Shown here one piece after another: positions 9,733 to 20,104 of a stretch of 64,000 bases of DNA. The stretch spans positions 32,001 through 96,000 of the forward strand of contig JBCCHT010000004.1 of assembly GCA_039028615.1 (NCBI GenBank), in the 5' to 3' direction. The DNA is from Myxococcota bacterium (GTDB lineage Bacteria > Myxococcota_A > Polyangia > Nannocystales > Nannocystaceae). Numbering within the stretch: position 1 is the first letter of the stretch; each line of letters starts with the position of its first letter. The notes below the pieces were generated by a model, which made no database searches, was not told the origin of the DNA, and was given only the letters and a program-made list of their open reading frames with translations. Made by a program: the position numbers and the translations under genes.

Positions 9733-12642
9733 ATGGTCACACGCTCTGGATCGGACGACGACAGCGCAGAGCTGCGAGACACCGAGCCCGACCGCGGCCC
9801 CGACACCCTCCAGCGAATCATCGGCGACAAGGTCCGCGACCGCCTCTTTCACCAGCCGATCGACGCGGAGTCCATCGGTCGCTACGAGATCCTCGACATC
9901 ATCGGCGAAGGCGGCATGGGCTTGGTCTACCGCGCCCGCGACCCCGAGCTCGACCGAGAGGTCGCGATCAAGGTCATGCTGGAGCACGCCCAATCGGAGC
10001 CGGAGCGGCTCCGCCGAGAAGCCCAGGCCATGGCCGCGCTGTCTCACCCCAACGTGGTCGAGGTCTTCGAGGTCGGCGTCGACGATGGCCGCATGTTCGT
10101 GGCCATGGAGTACCTGCCCGGCGAAAACATGCGGCAGTGGCTGAAGACCTCGCCCTCCCCCGATGCAGTGCTCGACCGCGTGCTCGAGGCGGGCCAGGGT
10201 CTCGCCGCCGCCCACATGGCTGGGCTCCTCCACCGCGACATCAAACCGAGCAACATCTACATCGCCGACGACGGGCGCGCGCGCCTGCTCGACTTCGGCC
10301 TCGCCCGCGGCTACCTGCCCTCGACCAGCGAGCTCCGCTCGGGGGGGCTGGGACCCACGCTGAGCGCCTCGAACTCGGCGATGGAGCTGGCCTCCTCCGA
10401 GCTCGCCGATCCGCTGACCGATACCGGCTTGGTGATGGGAACGCCGCCCTATATGGCGCCCGAGCAGCTCCGCGGAGAGCCGGCCTCCGAAAACACCGAT
10501 CTGTTCTCCTTCTGTGCCACGGCCTACCAGGCCCTGCTCGGGGTGCACCCCTTCAACCGAAGGCCCCCGGTCGTGTCGTCCGGCACGCTCCCACTCATAC
10601 TCCCCGAGGGAGCACTCGGTCCACGGCTACAGGGGCTGCAGGTCGTGCTGGCCCGTGGCCTCCATGCCGATCCCGACCAGCGATGGACATCGATGGGCGA
10701 GCTGCTCGAGGCTCTACGGCACGCCGCGCGCCCCGTTTCTCGTTTCCGCGGCGCCTGGGGCCCGCTGGCGGTCGCGGCGGCCACCCTCGCCCTGCTGTTC
10801 CTCCAGGCTCCCGCCGAGCCCTCCGTCCCCGGTCCCTGCGACGAATTCTCCGACCTGAGCGAGCAGTGGAACGCCAACGAGCGCAAGCAGCTGCACGACG
10901 TGTTCCTCGCGAACGAGCACCCCCGGGCGAAGTCGGCGTGGACCCGCATCGAGCGAGCGCTGGACTCCCATACCCGAGCGTGGACGCAAGCGCGGGATGA
11001 GGCGTGCACGGCGGGTTCGGGGCCAGTGCTCGAAGCTCGCCTCGACTGCCTCGCCGACCAACGACGAGCCCTGACCGCGGTGGTCGAAGTCCTCGGGGAC
11101 GCCGACGGCACCATCATCGATCGCGTCGTCGAGCTGGAGCGAGGCTTCGACGCGCCCGAGCGTTGCAACGATCCGCAGTTCCTCGATCGACAGCCAAAGC
11201 GCCCCACCGACGCGGAGACCCTCGAACCTCTGCTCGAAGGCCGCGCCCTGCTCGCGCGCTTCGTGGCCAACGCCCGCGCCGGACGCATCGCGGAAGCCAT
11301 GGCGCTGGCGACCGCTCTGGACGACGCGGTCGAAGCGACGAGCTACCCGCCCTTCGCGGTCGACGTCGATCTCGCGGTGGGGCGCACGCTGGCCGACTAC
11401 GAGCGCCGCGACGAAGCGCGTCCTCGGCTCGAGCGCGCGTTCTTTGCCGCCCAAGCCGAGCAGCTGCCCCGGCCCGCGTTCGAGGCCGCGTTGCGGCTGG
11501 CCCACGATGCCTCGACGACCCAACGCAACCCCGAACAGGGCCGCCAGTGGCTGCGGCACATGCAGGCCACGCAGCAACAGCTGGGCGACGATCCCATCCT
11601 CCGCGCGCGCGTGTTGGGGCAGGAGGCTGCCGTGCTCCAGGCGGAAGGCAAGCTCGACGACGCGCTCGCGGTGTGGCGGCGCACCATCGACCAGCTCGAG
11701 CCCCATCGCGACGCCGAGCCCGTGTTCCTCTCGCAAGCGCGCGGCGGTCTCGGCTACGCCCTCGTTCGCGCGGGTCGCCTGAAGGAGGCCGAGCCCGAGC
11801 TGAGTCGGGCCCTCGAGATCCGCACCGAGGTCTTCGGGGTCGAGCACCCGTCTTGCATCAAGCCCTTGGTCAACCTCGCCGCCGTGCTCGATGACCTCGA
11901 CCGCCACGACGATGCGCTCGAGCACCTCGACCGGGCCCTGCGGTTGCTCGAGGTCAGCGGCGAACGCCAGGGCGCCCAGGCGGTCGGCGTGCTGCAGAAT
12001 CGAGCCCTCGTCCTACGGGACCTGAAGCGACTCGACGAAGCGCTCGCCAACCTCGAAGAAGCCCGCGTCATCGCCCAGCGGGAAATCGGCCCCGAGTCGA
12101 TGAACGTGGCCCGGGTCGAGAACAATCTGTCGATGGTGCTGCGTCGGCTCGGCCGTCGAGACGAAGGCATCGCGGCGTTGCGACGCTCGATCGAGATCCG
12201 ACGCGGGGTGCTGGGTCCCGATCATCCCGCCCTGCTCCCGCCCACCGTCAACTTGGCAGCGGTGCTCATGGACGCCGACGCGATCGAGGACGCCGCACCG
12301 CTCATGGCCGATGCGCTGCGCATCGTGCAGAGCGAGGGCGAGGTCTCCCAGGCCATGGTGCTCATCCCCGCGTCGAACCTCGCCCGCCGCCAGGGCAACC
12401 AAGCCGAAGCCACCACCCGCGCCCGACGAGCGATCGACCTGCTCGAGCGCAGCGAGGCCCAGGTCAGCCATCTCGCTCGCGCTCGCCTCGCCCTGGCCGA
12501 GACCCTACACGCCCAAGGCCGTCACCCCGAAGCGCTGAGCTCCGCCCGCCAGGCCCGAGACGAACTGCAACCCGTTCGCAATCGCTCCGACGACGTCTGG
12601 GACATGGTGACCGGTTGGCTGCAGGAGCACGATGCTCCCTAG
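9733..12642 (+). CDS. Ser/Thr protein kinase with TM segment and TPR repeats
   Basis: IGEGGMGLV, VAIK, HRDIKPSN, DFG, GTPPYMAPE; FGVEHP and LGPDHP TPR units. Confidence 0.9.
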   Translation: MVTRSGSDDDSAELRDTEPDRGPDTLQRIIGDKVRDRLFHQPIDAESIGRYEILDIIGEGGMGLVYRARDPELDREVAIKVMLEHAQSEPERLRREAQAMAALSHPNVVEVFEVGVDDGRMFVAMEYLPGENMRQWLKTSPSPDAVLDRVLEAGQGLAAAHMAGLLHRDIKPSNIYIADDGRARLLDFGLARGYLPSTSELRSGGLGPTLSASNSAMELASSELADPLTDTGLVMGTPPYMAPEQLRGEPASENTDLFSFCATAYQALLGVHPFNRRPPVVSSGTLPLILPEGALGPRLQGLQVVLARGLHADPDQRWTSMGELLEALRHAARPVSRFRGAWGPLAVAAATLALLFLQAPAEPSVPGPCDEFSDLSEQWNANERKQLHDVFLANEHPRAKSAWTRIERALDSHTRAWTQARDEACTAGSGPVLEARLDCLADQRRALTAVVEVLGDADGTIIDRVVELERGFDAPERCNDPQFLDRQPKRPTDAETLEPLLEGRALLARFVANARAGRIAEAMALATALDDAVEATSYPPFAVDVDLAVGRTLADYERRDEARPRLERAFFAAQAEQLPRPAFEAALRLAHDASTTQRNPEQGRQWLRHMQATQQQLGDDPILRARVLGQEAAVLQAEGKLDDALAVWRRTIDQLEPHRDAEPVFLSQARGGLGYALVRAGRLKEAEPELSRALEIRTEVFGVEHPSCIKPLVNLAAVLDDLDRHDDALEHLDRALRLLEVSGERQGAQAVGVLQNRALVLRDLKRLDEALANLEEARVIAQREIGPESMNVARVENNLSMVLRRLGRRDEGIAALRRSIEIRRGVLGPDHPALLPPTVNLAAVLMDADAIEDAAPLMADALRIVQSEGEVSQAMVLIPASNLARRQGNQAEATTRARRAIDLLERSEAQVSHLARARLALAETLHAQGRHPEALSSARQARDELQPVRNRSDDVWDMVTGWLQEHDAP

Positions 12643-13289
12643 CGCCGGCCGGGCATGGGGCGTCATCGACTCCGATCGACATCGCCCCACGCCCGAGACG
12701 GGGGAATCACCATGGACATAGCGGGCAACACCGGCCCCATACACCGGACGCACCGGACATAGTCATAATCATGCGGACCCGAGGTCACCGGCGGACACTC
12801 GGCGCCCCTTTGCAGATCTCGTGACAGCCGCCGAATGACCGGCGAGGGATAAAACGACGCACTCGGGACTGCGGAGCCATGCGAACGACCTGCGAGTGGT
12901 ATGTGCCGCACCGACCCCGACTCTATTCATCACCCGTCGAGTTGCGACCGTGAGACCATCGGTGGCCGCAATCGGCGGGCCCGCGAGTACCAACGGCGGT
13001 GCACGAGTCCTACACCCGCCCCGGGAATTGAAAGCTGAGGCAGTCGAATTTCAACCGCCTTGGTCCAAACGTCGTTGACCCGGAGGCAACACCGCGACGC
13101 CTCCCCTCGCCCCCGCAACGCCCCCGAGACACTCCCGACACCGTCTCGCCGAGTCTGCGGCGCTGCTGGCGGACCCCACCCCGGCGCAGGCTGGAAACCC
13201 CTGATGGGCTCACGCCGCACCGCGCCGGACATCGTCGATTCGGGGCAAATCGTGGACCAAGCCCCATCGACTTGGTTTACGATTTGCCG

Positions 13290-14426
13290 ATGCGAAGGGT
13301 CGGAGACGCGTTCGTGGTGCGTTCAGGGAAAAACCTCGGGTACAGCTCGTGCTTGATGCTGGCGATCGCGCTCAGCTGCGGCAGCGAGAGCGCTCCCGGC
13401 GAGGTCAACGAAGGCACCGCCGAGCCCACCACCGACGCCGCATCGGGCTCCGAAGCTCCCACGCCACCCCCGACCCCCGGCACCTCCGACGCGACGCCGC
13501 CCCCCTCCGAGACCGGCTCCTCGGGGTCCATGGCCGACGAGAGCGACAGCGGCGGCAAGGAGCCCCCCTCCACGGGCGTGGTGCGCTTCATCGCCATGGG
13601 CGACGGCGGCGAAGGCAACGACAGCCAGTACGCGGTGGCCGACGTGGTCGAGCAGGTCTGCGCCGATCGAGGCTGCGAGTTCGTGCTCTACCTCGGCGAC
13701 AACTTCTACGACACGGGCGTCGACTCGAACATGGACACCCAGTTCATCGACAAGTTCGAGATGCCCTACGCCGACCTCGACCTGCCCTTCATGGTGACGC
13801 TGGGCAACCACGACTACGACCTGCTGGGCAACGCGTGGTTCAAGGCCACGTACCAGGTCGAGTACACCGAGTTCTCCGACAAGTGGAACCTGCCCTCCGA
13901 GTACTACTCGTTCCCGGCCGGCCACGTCACCTTCATCTCGCTCGATACCCCGCGCCTGTTCTGGGATCACGAGACCAACCAGGTCCGCGACTTCCTGCGC
14001 AACGTCCTGGCCAACACCACCAGCCGCTTCACCGTCGCGTTCGGGCACCACCCGTACATCTCCAACGGCCGGCACGGCAACGCGGGCAACTACGAGGGGC
14101 TCCCGCTGCCCATCGTGGGCGGGGCCGACATCGAGGACTTCGTCGAGGAAGAGATGTGCGGCAAGGTCACCGTGTACCTGTGCGGGCATGACCACAACCG
14201 CCAGTGGTTCCCCACCGTGTGCGGCACCGAGTTCATGGTCATCGGCACCGCGGCCAAGACCACCGACATGGTCCACCGCGACGACAACCCGACGCCCTAC
14301 TACGAGGACGATCAGACCCCCGGCTTCGCCTGGATCGAGATCGCCGACAACGAGCTGACCGCGGCCTTCTACGACGAGACCGGGGCCATGAACTACGAGA
14401 ACACCATCGTCCTGCCCGAGCGGTAG
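13290..14426 (+). CDS. Metallophosphoesterase lipoprotein (purple/tartrate-resistant acid phosphatase-like)
   Basis: GDGG, GDNFY, GNHD, GHHP and GHDH motifs; lipobox ALSC; P/T/S-rich linker. Start codon uncertain. Confidence 0.88.
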   Translation: MRRVGDAFVVRSGKNLGYSSCLMLAIALSCGSESAPGEVNEGTAEPTTDAASGSEAPTPPPTPGTSDATPPPSETGSSGSMADESDSGGKEPPSTGVVRFIAMGDGGEGNDSQYAVADVVEQVCADRGCEFVLYLGDNFYDTGVDSNMDTQFIDKFEMPYADLDLPFMVTLGNHDYDLLGNAWFKATYQVEYTEFSDKWNLPSEYYSFPAGHVTFISLDTPRLFWDHETNQVRDFLRNVLANTTSRFTVAFGHHPYISNGRHGNAGNYEGLPLPIVGGADIEDFVEEEMCGKVTVYLCGHDHNRQWFPTVCGTEFMVIGTAAKTTDMVHRDDNPTPYYEDDQTPGFAWIEIADNELTAAFYDETGAMNYENTIVLPER

Positions 14427-14450
14427 GGGCCGATGCGAGCGCGAGCCGCC

Positions 14451-17400
14451 TCAACCGGCGGGCTCGCGGAACACCCAGACATCTTGGTGCAGCTCGACCT
14501 TGTGGCCGTCGCGCACCAGGATGGTGATCTTGTTGCCGCCCAGCTCCAGCGGCACCTCGGTCTCGAAGCTCAGCGACTGGGCCTCGGCCCCGCGCGCCTT
14601 CGAGTTGGCCGCGTAGTGGATCTTGCGCTCGATCTGCGAGGCCCCTGGCGGTCGCACCAACACCGCCAGGTCACGGAGCTTGCGGGGATGCGTCGCCGTC
14701 CCCCGCAGCGTCACGTGGTCAGACTTCACCACCCGCGGCACGCTCTCGAGGGTCAGCCCGGGCGGCAGCACCAGCGGCTCGTGCTCGACCGCTTCCAGCG
14801 GCTTTTTGGGCGCACGCTTGCCCCCGAAGGGTGACGCGACGCCCAAGTCCCCGGGTACGAAGGCACGTCGCCCCTCGCCCGGCGTCTCGATGACCCGCCA
14901 CGGCCCCAGCGTCCCGATGGTGACCACCTCGGTCCCGACCGGCAGCTCGACCACGACCGGCGCCGACGCGTGCGCGCCGTTGTAGACCCGCAGCGGCTCG
15001 CCCTCGACCCGGACCGTCTCGACCGACTCGGTCAGCGCAGACGCGGTCGGCAGCACCCGCAGCAGCAGCTCGTCCTGGGCGCGCGCCCGGACCTGTGCAT
15101 CGCCGACCATCAGCTCGACCTCGAAGGGCAATCGAGGATCCGCCTCCTCGTTGACCGTGATCCCGAAGGCCGCGCTGGCCTCGTCTCCGGCCTCGAGCTG
15201 GCCGAGCACGACCGCGCCCTCCTCCAGCAACCCCTGGCGCGGGCTGTGGTTGTGCAGCACCCCGCGAACATCGGGGCTGGTGCCCGGGCCTTCGTTGCGC
15301 ACCACGAACGCCAGCAGGACGCGCTCGCCCGCCTGCAGCATGCCGTCGCCATTGCCCTTCACGGTGAACGGCGCCTCCCCGGGAATCGCGGCCATGGGCG
15401 GTCGCTTGGGCGCCTTCGCCACCAGGGCGGGGTCGTCCACGATCCACCAGTCGTAGGCCAAGGCGGGTCGCGAGGCCCCCTCCACGTCGAAGCGCAGCTC
15501 CGCGCGTGCGTCCGGGTCATCCTCGGGCTCCCCCGCATGAATGTCGATGGCGAGCACGTCGGTGAAATCCGAGTGCCAGGGCATCACGTGCAGCTCGAGA
15601 TCGCGGACGACCTTCTCGCCCGGCGCCACCTCGCCCACCAGCACCTCGATGCCATCGAGCTCGTCGTGGACGCAGTCGGTGATGCCGTGCACCCGCGGGA
15701 CCGGCGTGGACCCGCGGTTTTCGATCTCCAGGCTGACCACGAAGGGCTCACCCGCCTCGACCGTGCCCTCGCCCTTCCGCTCGAGCCGGGCGACGAGGTC
15801 GGTGTTTTCGAGCGCGGCCTCGTCCGCCTTCCAGTCGACCTTCGACTCGGCCAGCGCCTCGACGATGCGGCCGTCTTCCTCGGCGGCCAGCTGCTCGGTG
15901 ACCCGGGCCAGGCTCGCGTTTCGTTGCTCGCGGTCGAGCGTCCCCGAAAGGCCCAACGCGACTTCCCGCGCGATGCGAATCTCGGGATCGCGCAGCCGGT
16001 CGAGCACCTCGACGTCGTCGGTGGCTTCCTTCAGCTCCGCCGGCACCTCGCCCGTCCACAGGTAGTGCAGCTTCGCGCCCGCCACGTGATCGGGGGGCAG
16101 CGGCGGGTCGTGCTTGGCCGAGGGCAGGTGAGCCGTCCGCGACCGCTCGCGCTGCCGTTCGAAGCGCTCCTCGTCGAAGTACCGCCCGATGCCCGGGATG
16201 CTCGACATCTCGACCGGCAGCAGCTCCACGTCGGGCAGCACGCCCAGGCTCTGGATGTTGCGGTCGCCGGCCACCAGGTACTCGGCCACGGTGAGCTTGA
16301 GCGCCAGCTCGCGACCGTAGGGCGCGGCCGGCTTGACCATCTGCACCGTACCCTTGCCGAAGCTCGAGCGCCCCAGCACCACGCCGCGGCCCAAGGCCTT
16401 GAGACCGCCGCTGACGATCTCGGCCGCGCTCGCGGAGTCCTCGTCGATCAGCACGACCACCGGGACCTCGGCCCCGACCGACATCGTCTCGGCCGCGTCC
16501 TCGACGTCGCGCCCCTCCGCGCTCCGCACGATGACCAGCTCACCGTTGGGCACCAGCGTATCGACCACTGCGGTCGCTTGGGTCAGCAGCCCGCCCGAGT
16601 TGCCGCGAAGATCGAGCACCACGCCCTTGGCCCCGCCCTCGGCTCCCGCCAGCTCGCGCAGCGCCTCGTCGACCTGCTGCCCCGTGTTCTCCTGGAACGT
16701 GGAGATGCTCAGGTACGCGACGCCGCCGGGCAGCATCCACTTGGTCACGCTGTCCACGTGGATCGTGTTGCGCGTGATCTCGAGGGTCAGCGTCTCGTCG
16801 CCGCGGCGCACCGTCACCACCACGACCTCACCCACCGGACCGCGCAGCAGGCTCTGCGCCTCGTCGGCCGGCATGTTGACCGTGGCCGCGCCGTCGATGG
16901 TCAGCAGCACGTCGCCCGACTTCATGCCCGCCAGCTCCGCGGGCATCCCCGGCAAGACGCGCACGATCAAGATGCGTCGGTCTTCGGCTCGGATCTGGGC
17001 ACCGATGCCGCCGAAGTGCCCGCGGGTGCGCACCCCGAGGTCGTCGTGCTCATCGGGCGACAGCAACACCGTGTGCGGATCGAGGGGCGCGAACAGCCCG
17101 TTGATGGCCGCGTACTCCAGCTCGTGCAGCGGCTCCGCCTCGAGGTCGAGCACCTCCTGCGTGAACACCAGGATCTCTTCGAGCCGGTCCCCCGCCTGGC
17201 GCAGCGTGTGAACGTCGGCGAGGCCGAAGTTCGCCGTGCGGGACCGAACCTTCACGCGCAGCTCCTGCCCGTCGGCATCGAGCTCGGCAAAGAACTCCGG
17301 CGTGTGCAGGCCGAGGAACTCCGTGGCCGACAGCAGCTGGACTCGCGGGTCGAAGCGCGCGGTGTCGAAGTACTCCTGCTCGACCCGATACGCCGACCAC

Positions 17401-17567
17401 ACCAGCAGCGGGAACGCGCGCTCCTCGAGGTCCGCCAGTGGATCCTCGGCGGGTGCGGTTTCTCCAGCGTCCCGATCGGCCGACGTGGAATGCGGGGTAC
17501 GGGCAGGTGCGTCGTTACACCCGACGACGAGCATCAACGGCACGATCAGGCGGCAGCGGCCGAGCAT
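14451..17567 (-). CDS. S41 family carboxyl-terminal processing peptidase (PDZ + S41 + C-terminal Ig-like domains; MXAN_5808-like lipoprotein)
   Basis: LDPHT, FGGIG (PDZ), DLRGNSGGLL, SASAAEI (catalytic Ser), SFGKGTVQ (catalytic Lys); lipobox VVGC. Confidence 0.88.
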   Translation of the reverse strand: MLGRCRLIVPLMLVVGCNDAPARTPHSTSADRDAGETAPAEDPLADLEERAFPLLVWSAYRVEQEYFDTARFDPRVQLLSATEFLGLHTPEFFAELDADGQELRVKVRSRTANFGLADVHTLRQAGDRLEEILVFTQEVLDLEAEPLHELEYAAINGLFAPLDPHTVLLSPDEHDDLGVRTRGHFGGIGAQIRAEDRRILIVRVLPGMPAELAGMKSGDVLLTIDGAATVNMPADEAQSLLRGPVGEVVVVTVRRGDETLTLEITRNTIHVDSVTKWMLPGGVAYLSISTFQENTGQQVDEALRELAGAEGGAKGVVLDLRGNSGGLLTQATAVVDTLVPNGELVIVRSAEGRDVEDAAETMSVGAEVPVVVLIDEDSASAAEIVSGGLKALGRGVVLGRSSFGKGTVQMVKPAAPYGRELALKLTVAEYLVAGDRNIQSLGVLPDVELLPVEMSSIPGIGRYFDEERFERQRERSRTAHLPSAKHDPPLPPDHVAGAKLHYLWTGEVPAELKEATDDVEVLDRLRDPEIRIAREVALGLSGTLDREQRNASLARVTEQLAAEEDGRIVEALAESKVDWKADEAALENTDLVARLERKGEGTVEAGEPFVVSLEIENRGSTPVPRVHGITDCVHDELDGIEVLVGEVAPGEKVVRDLELHVMPWHSDFTDVLAIDIHAGEPEDDPDARAELRFDVEGASRPALAYDWWIVDDPALVAKAPKRPPMAAIPGEAPFTVKGNGDGMLQAGERVLLAFVVRNEGPGTSPDVRGVLHNHSPRQGLLEEGAVVLGQLEAGDEASAAFGITVNEEADPRLPFEVELMVGDAQVRARAQDELLLRVLPTASALTESVETVRVEGEPLRVYNGAHASAPVVVELPVGTEVVTIGTLGPWRVIETPGEGRRAFVPGDLGVASPFGGKRAPKKPLEAVEHEPLVLPPGLTLESVPRVVKSDHVTLRGTATHPRKLRDLAVLVRPPGASQIERKIHYAANSKARGAEAQSLSFETEVPLELGGNKITILVRDGHKVELHQDVWVFREPAG

Positions 17568-17747
17568 GTGCGCCAAGCATAGCGGCCTCCCGGATCTCTC
17601 GCGGAACGCGCAAGCTCTGCCCCGACGATCTACTATTTGACTCATTGCGGCTCGCTTTTGCATCAATTTCGATCAAATGGCGCACGCAAGCCCATGATCT
17701 TCGTCGATCCTCGACGTGGCACGTGATTCGCTTACCGTTCGGGCTCA

Positions 17748-18254
17748 GTGACGCTGAGCCTTCGCATCATCCCGGTAGCGCTCCTGGCGGTCGTCGGTTC
17801 GGCCTGCGCCGACGCCCCGATCACCGCCGATCAGCTCGAGCGCGACGGTCAGCTGCGCTCCGCGACGCTCAAACAATCCGCATTCTCCGCACAGGAACGG
17901 GTAACGACCCAGCGGGCCGCTCAGATCTCCGCCGTCCTCGCGGCCGAGGCCAGCGGTCCGCTCGAGGACGCCAACCGCTTCCCGGCCACCGTCGGTGAGG
18001 TGAACCTCCACTTGCGGGCCGATGGCATCGAGGGCGAGCGCCCGGTGGTGTTCCGATGGACGCACCGTGGCAATGCCGCCAACGTGAGGGGAACGCTACA
18101 GCCGGGTGACACGATGGCCCACGCCATCAGCTTCCCGATCGACCCCGAGCGAACCGGCCCCTGGAAGGTCGAGATCCTCGGCGCGCCGACCACGGGAGAT
18201 GAACCCGTGGTGCTCTTCGAGCGCTCCTTCGAGATTTTCGTTCCGTCGCATTGA
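17748..18254 (+). CDS. Lipoprotein with DUF2914-like beta-sandwich
   Basis: Lipobox GSAC; VVFRWTH...GPWKVEIL...FERSFEI pattern. Confidence 0.6.
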   Translation: MTLSLRIIPVALLAVVGSACADAPITADQLERDGQLRSATLKQSAFSAQERVTTQRAAQISAVLAAEASGPLEDANRFPATVGEVNLHLRADGIEGERPVVFRWTHRGNAANVRGTLQPGDTMAHAISFPIDPERTGPWKVEILGAPTTGDEPVVLFERSFEIFVPSH

Positions 18255-18270
18255 TGACCGCCTGGTCGTC

Positions 18271-18307
18271 GAACGCCCGTGGTGTGGGGCCGCGGGCGTT
18301 CCTTTTT
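18271..18307 (+). terminator. Rho-independent terminator
   Basis: GAACGCCCGTGG...CCGCGGGCGTTC stem followed by CTTTTT. Confidence 0.7.
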
Positions 18308-18383
18308 GGTTACACCCCAACCTCGCCATGGAGCCCGGATCACCCTGGATCTCCGCCCAGGGGCCTCGTAACCTCGTCGCGGC

Positions 18384-18770
18384 ATGACCGAAGCCCAATC
18401 GTCCGGTGGTTTGAGCCCTGAAGTGATCGAGACTTTTGCCCGTGGCTTGTTCCACTTGGCGAACGTCGACGGCATCGACGAGAGTGAGGAGAAGCTCATT
18501 CGCGAGTTCCTCGACGAGACGGGCAGCGGCCTCAAGTACGAAGAGCTGAAGGACTCCTCGTTCTCGGCCACCGAGGCCGCCATGGCGCTCGAGACCTCGC
18601 ACATCCGTCGGGTCTTCGTCACCGCCGCCGTGGCCATGGTCAAGGCGGACGGCGTCTACAGCGACGCCGAGCGTCAGGCCATCGGCGAGCTCGCCGACGC
18701 CTTCGAGATGAGCAATGCCGAATTCGGGGCCCTGGAGCAACAGGCCGCCCAAGTCAACCTCGACGCGTAG
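18384..18770 (+). CDS. TerB family (tellurite-resistance-like) protein
   Basis: Two motifs LANVDGIDESEEKLI and MVKADGVYSDAERQAI. Confidence 0.8.
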   Translation: MTEAQSSGGLSPEVIETFARGLFHLANVDGIDESEEKLIREFLDETGSGLKYEELKDSSFSATEAAMALETSHIRRVFVTAAVAMVKADGVYSDAERQAIGELADAFEMSNAEFGALEQQAAQVNLDA

Positions 18771-18838
18771 CCGTCGGAAATAGCCAAACCCGCGCTACGG
18801 TAGTCTGCCGCACCCCCAACGACGAGGAACCCCTGCCC

Positions 18839-20020
<1,182 letters not shown>

Positions 20021-20050
20021 GGTCGGGCTCGCGTCCGAAGCGAGCGAACC

Positions 20051-20092
20051 ACGGGCCACTCATCGCACGGCGAGGGTGGCCCGTTTGCTTTG
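20051..20092 (+). terminator. Probable terminator hairpin between convergent genes
   Basis: ACGGGCCAC...GTGGCCCGT stem followed by TTGCTTT. Confidence 0.5.
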
Positions 20093-20104
20093 GTGGCGGC
20101 CGGC

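Noticed and set aside
12800..12814. Sigma-54 promoter CGGCGCCCCTTTGCA
   Set aside because: GG-to-GC spacing is 9, not 10, and no convincing gene follows.
7473..17582. Long antisense ORFs (e.g. 7473..9713 -, 14970..17582 +; also 1912..3297 - and 32457..34601 -)
   Set aside because: Shadow ORFs of real genes, expected at high GC3; no motifs.
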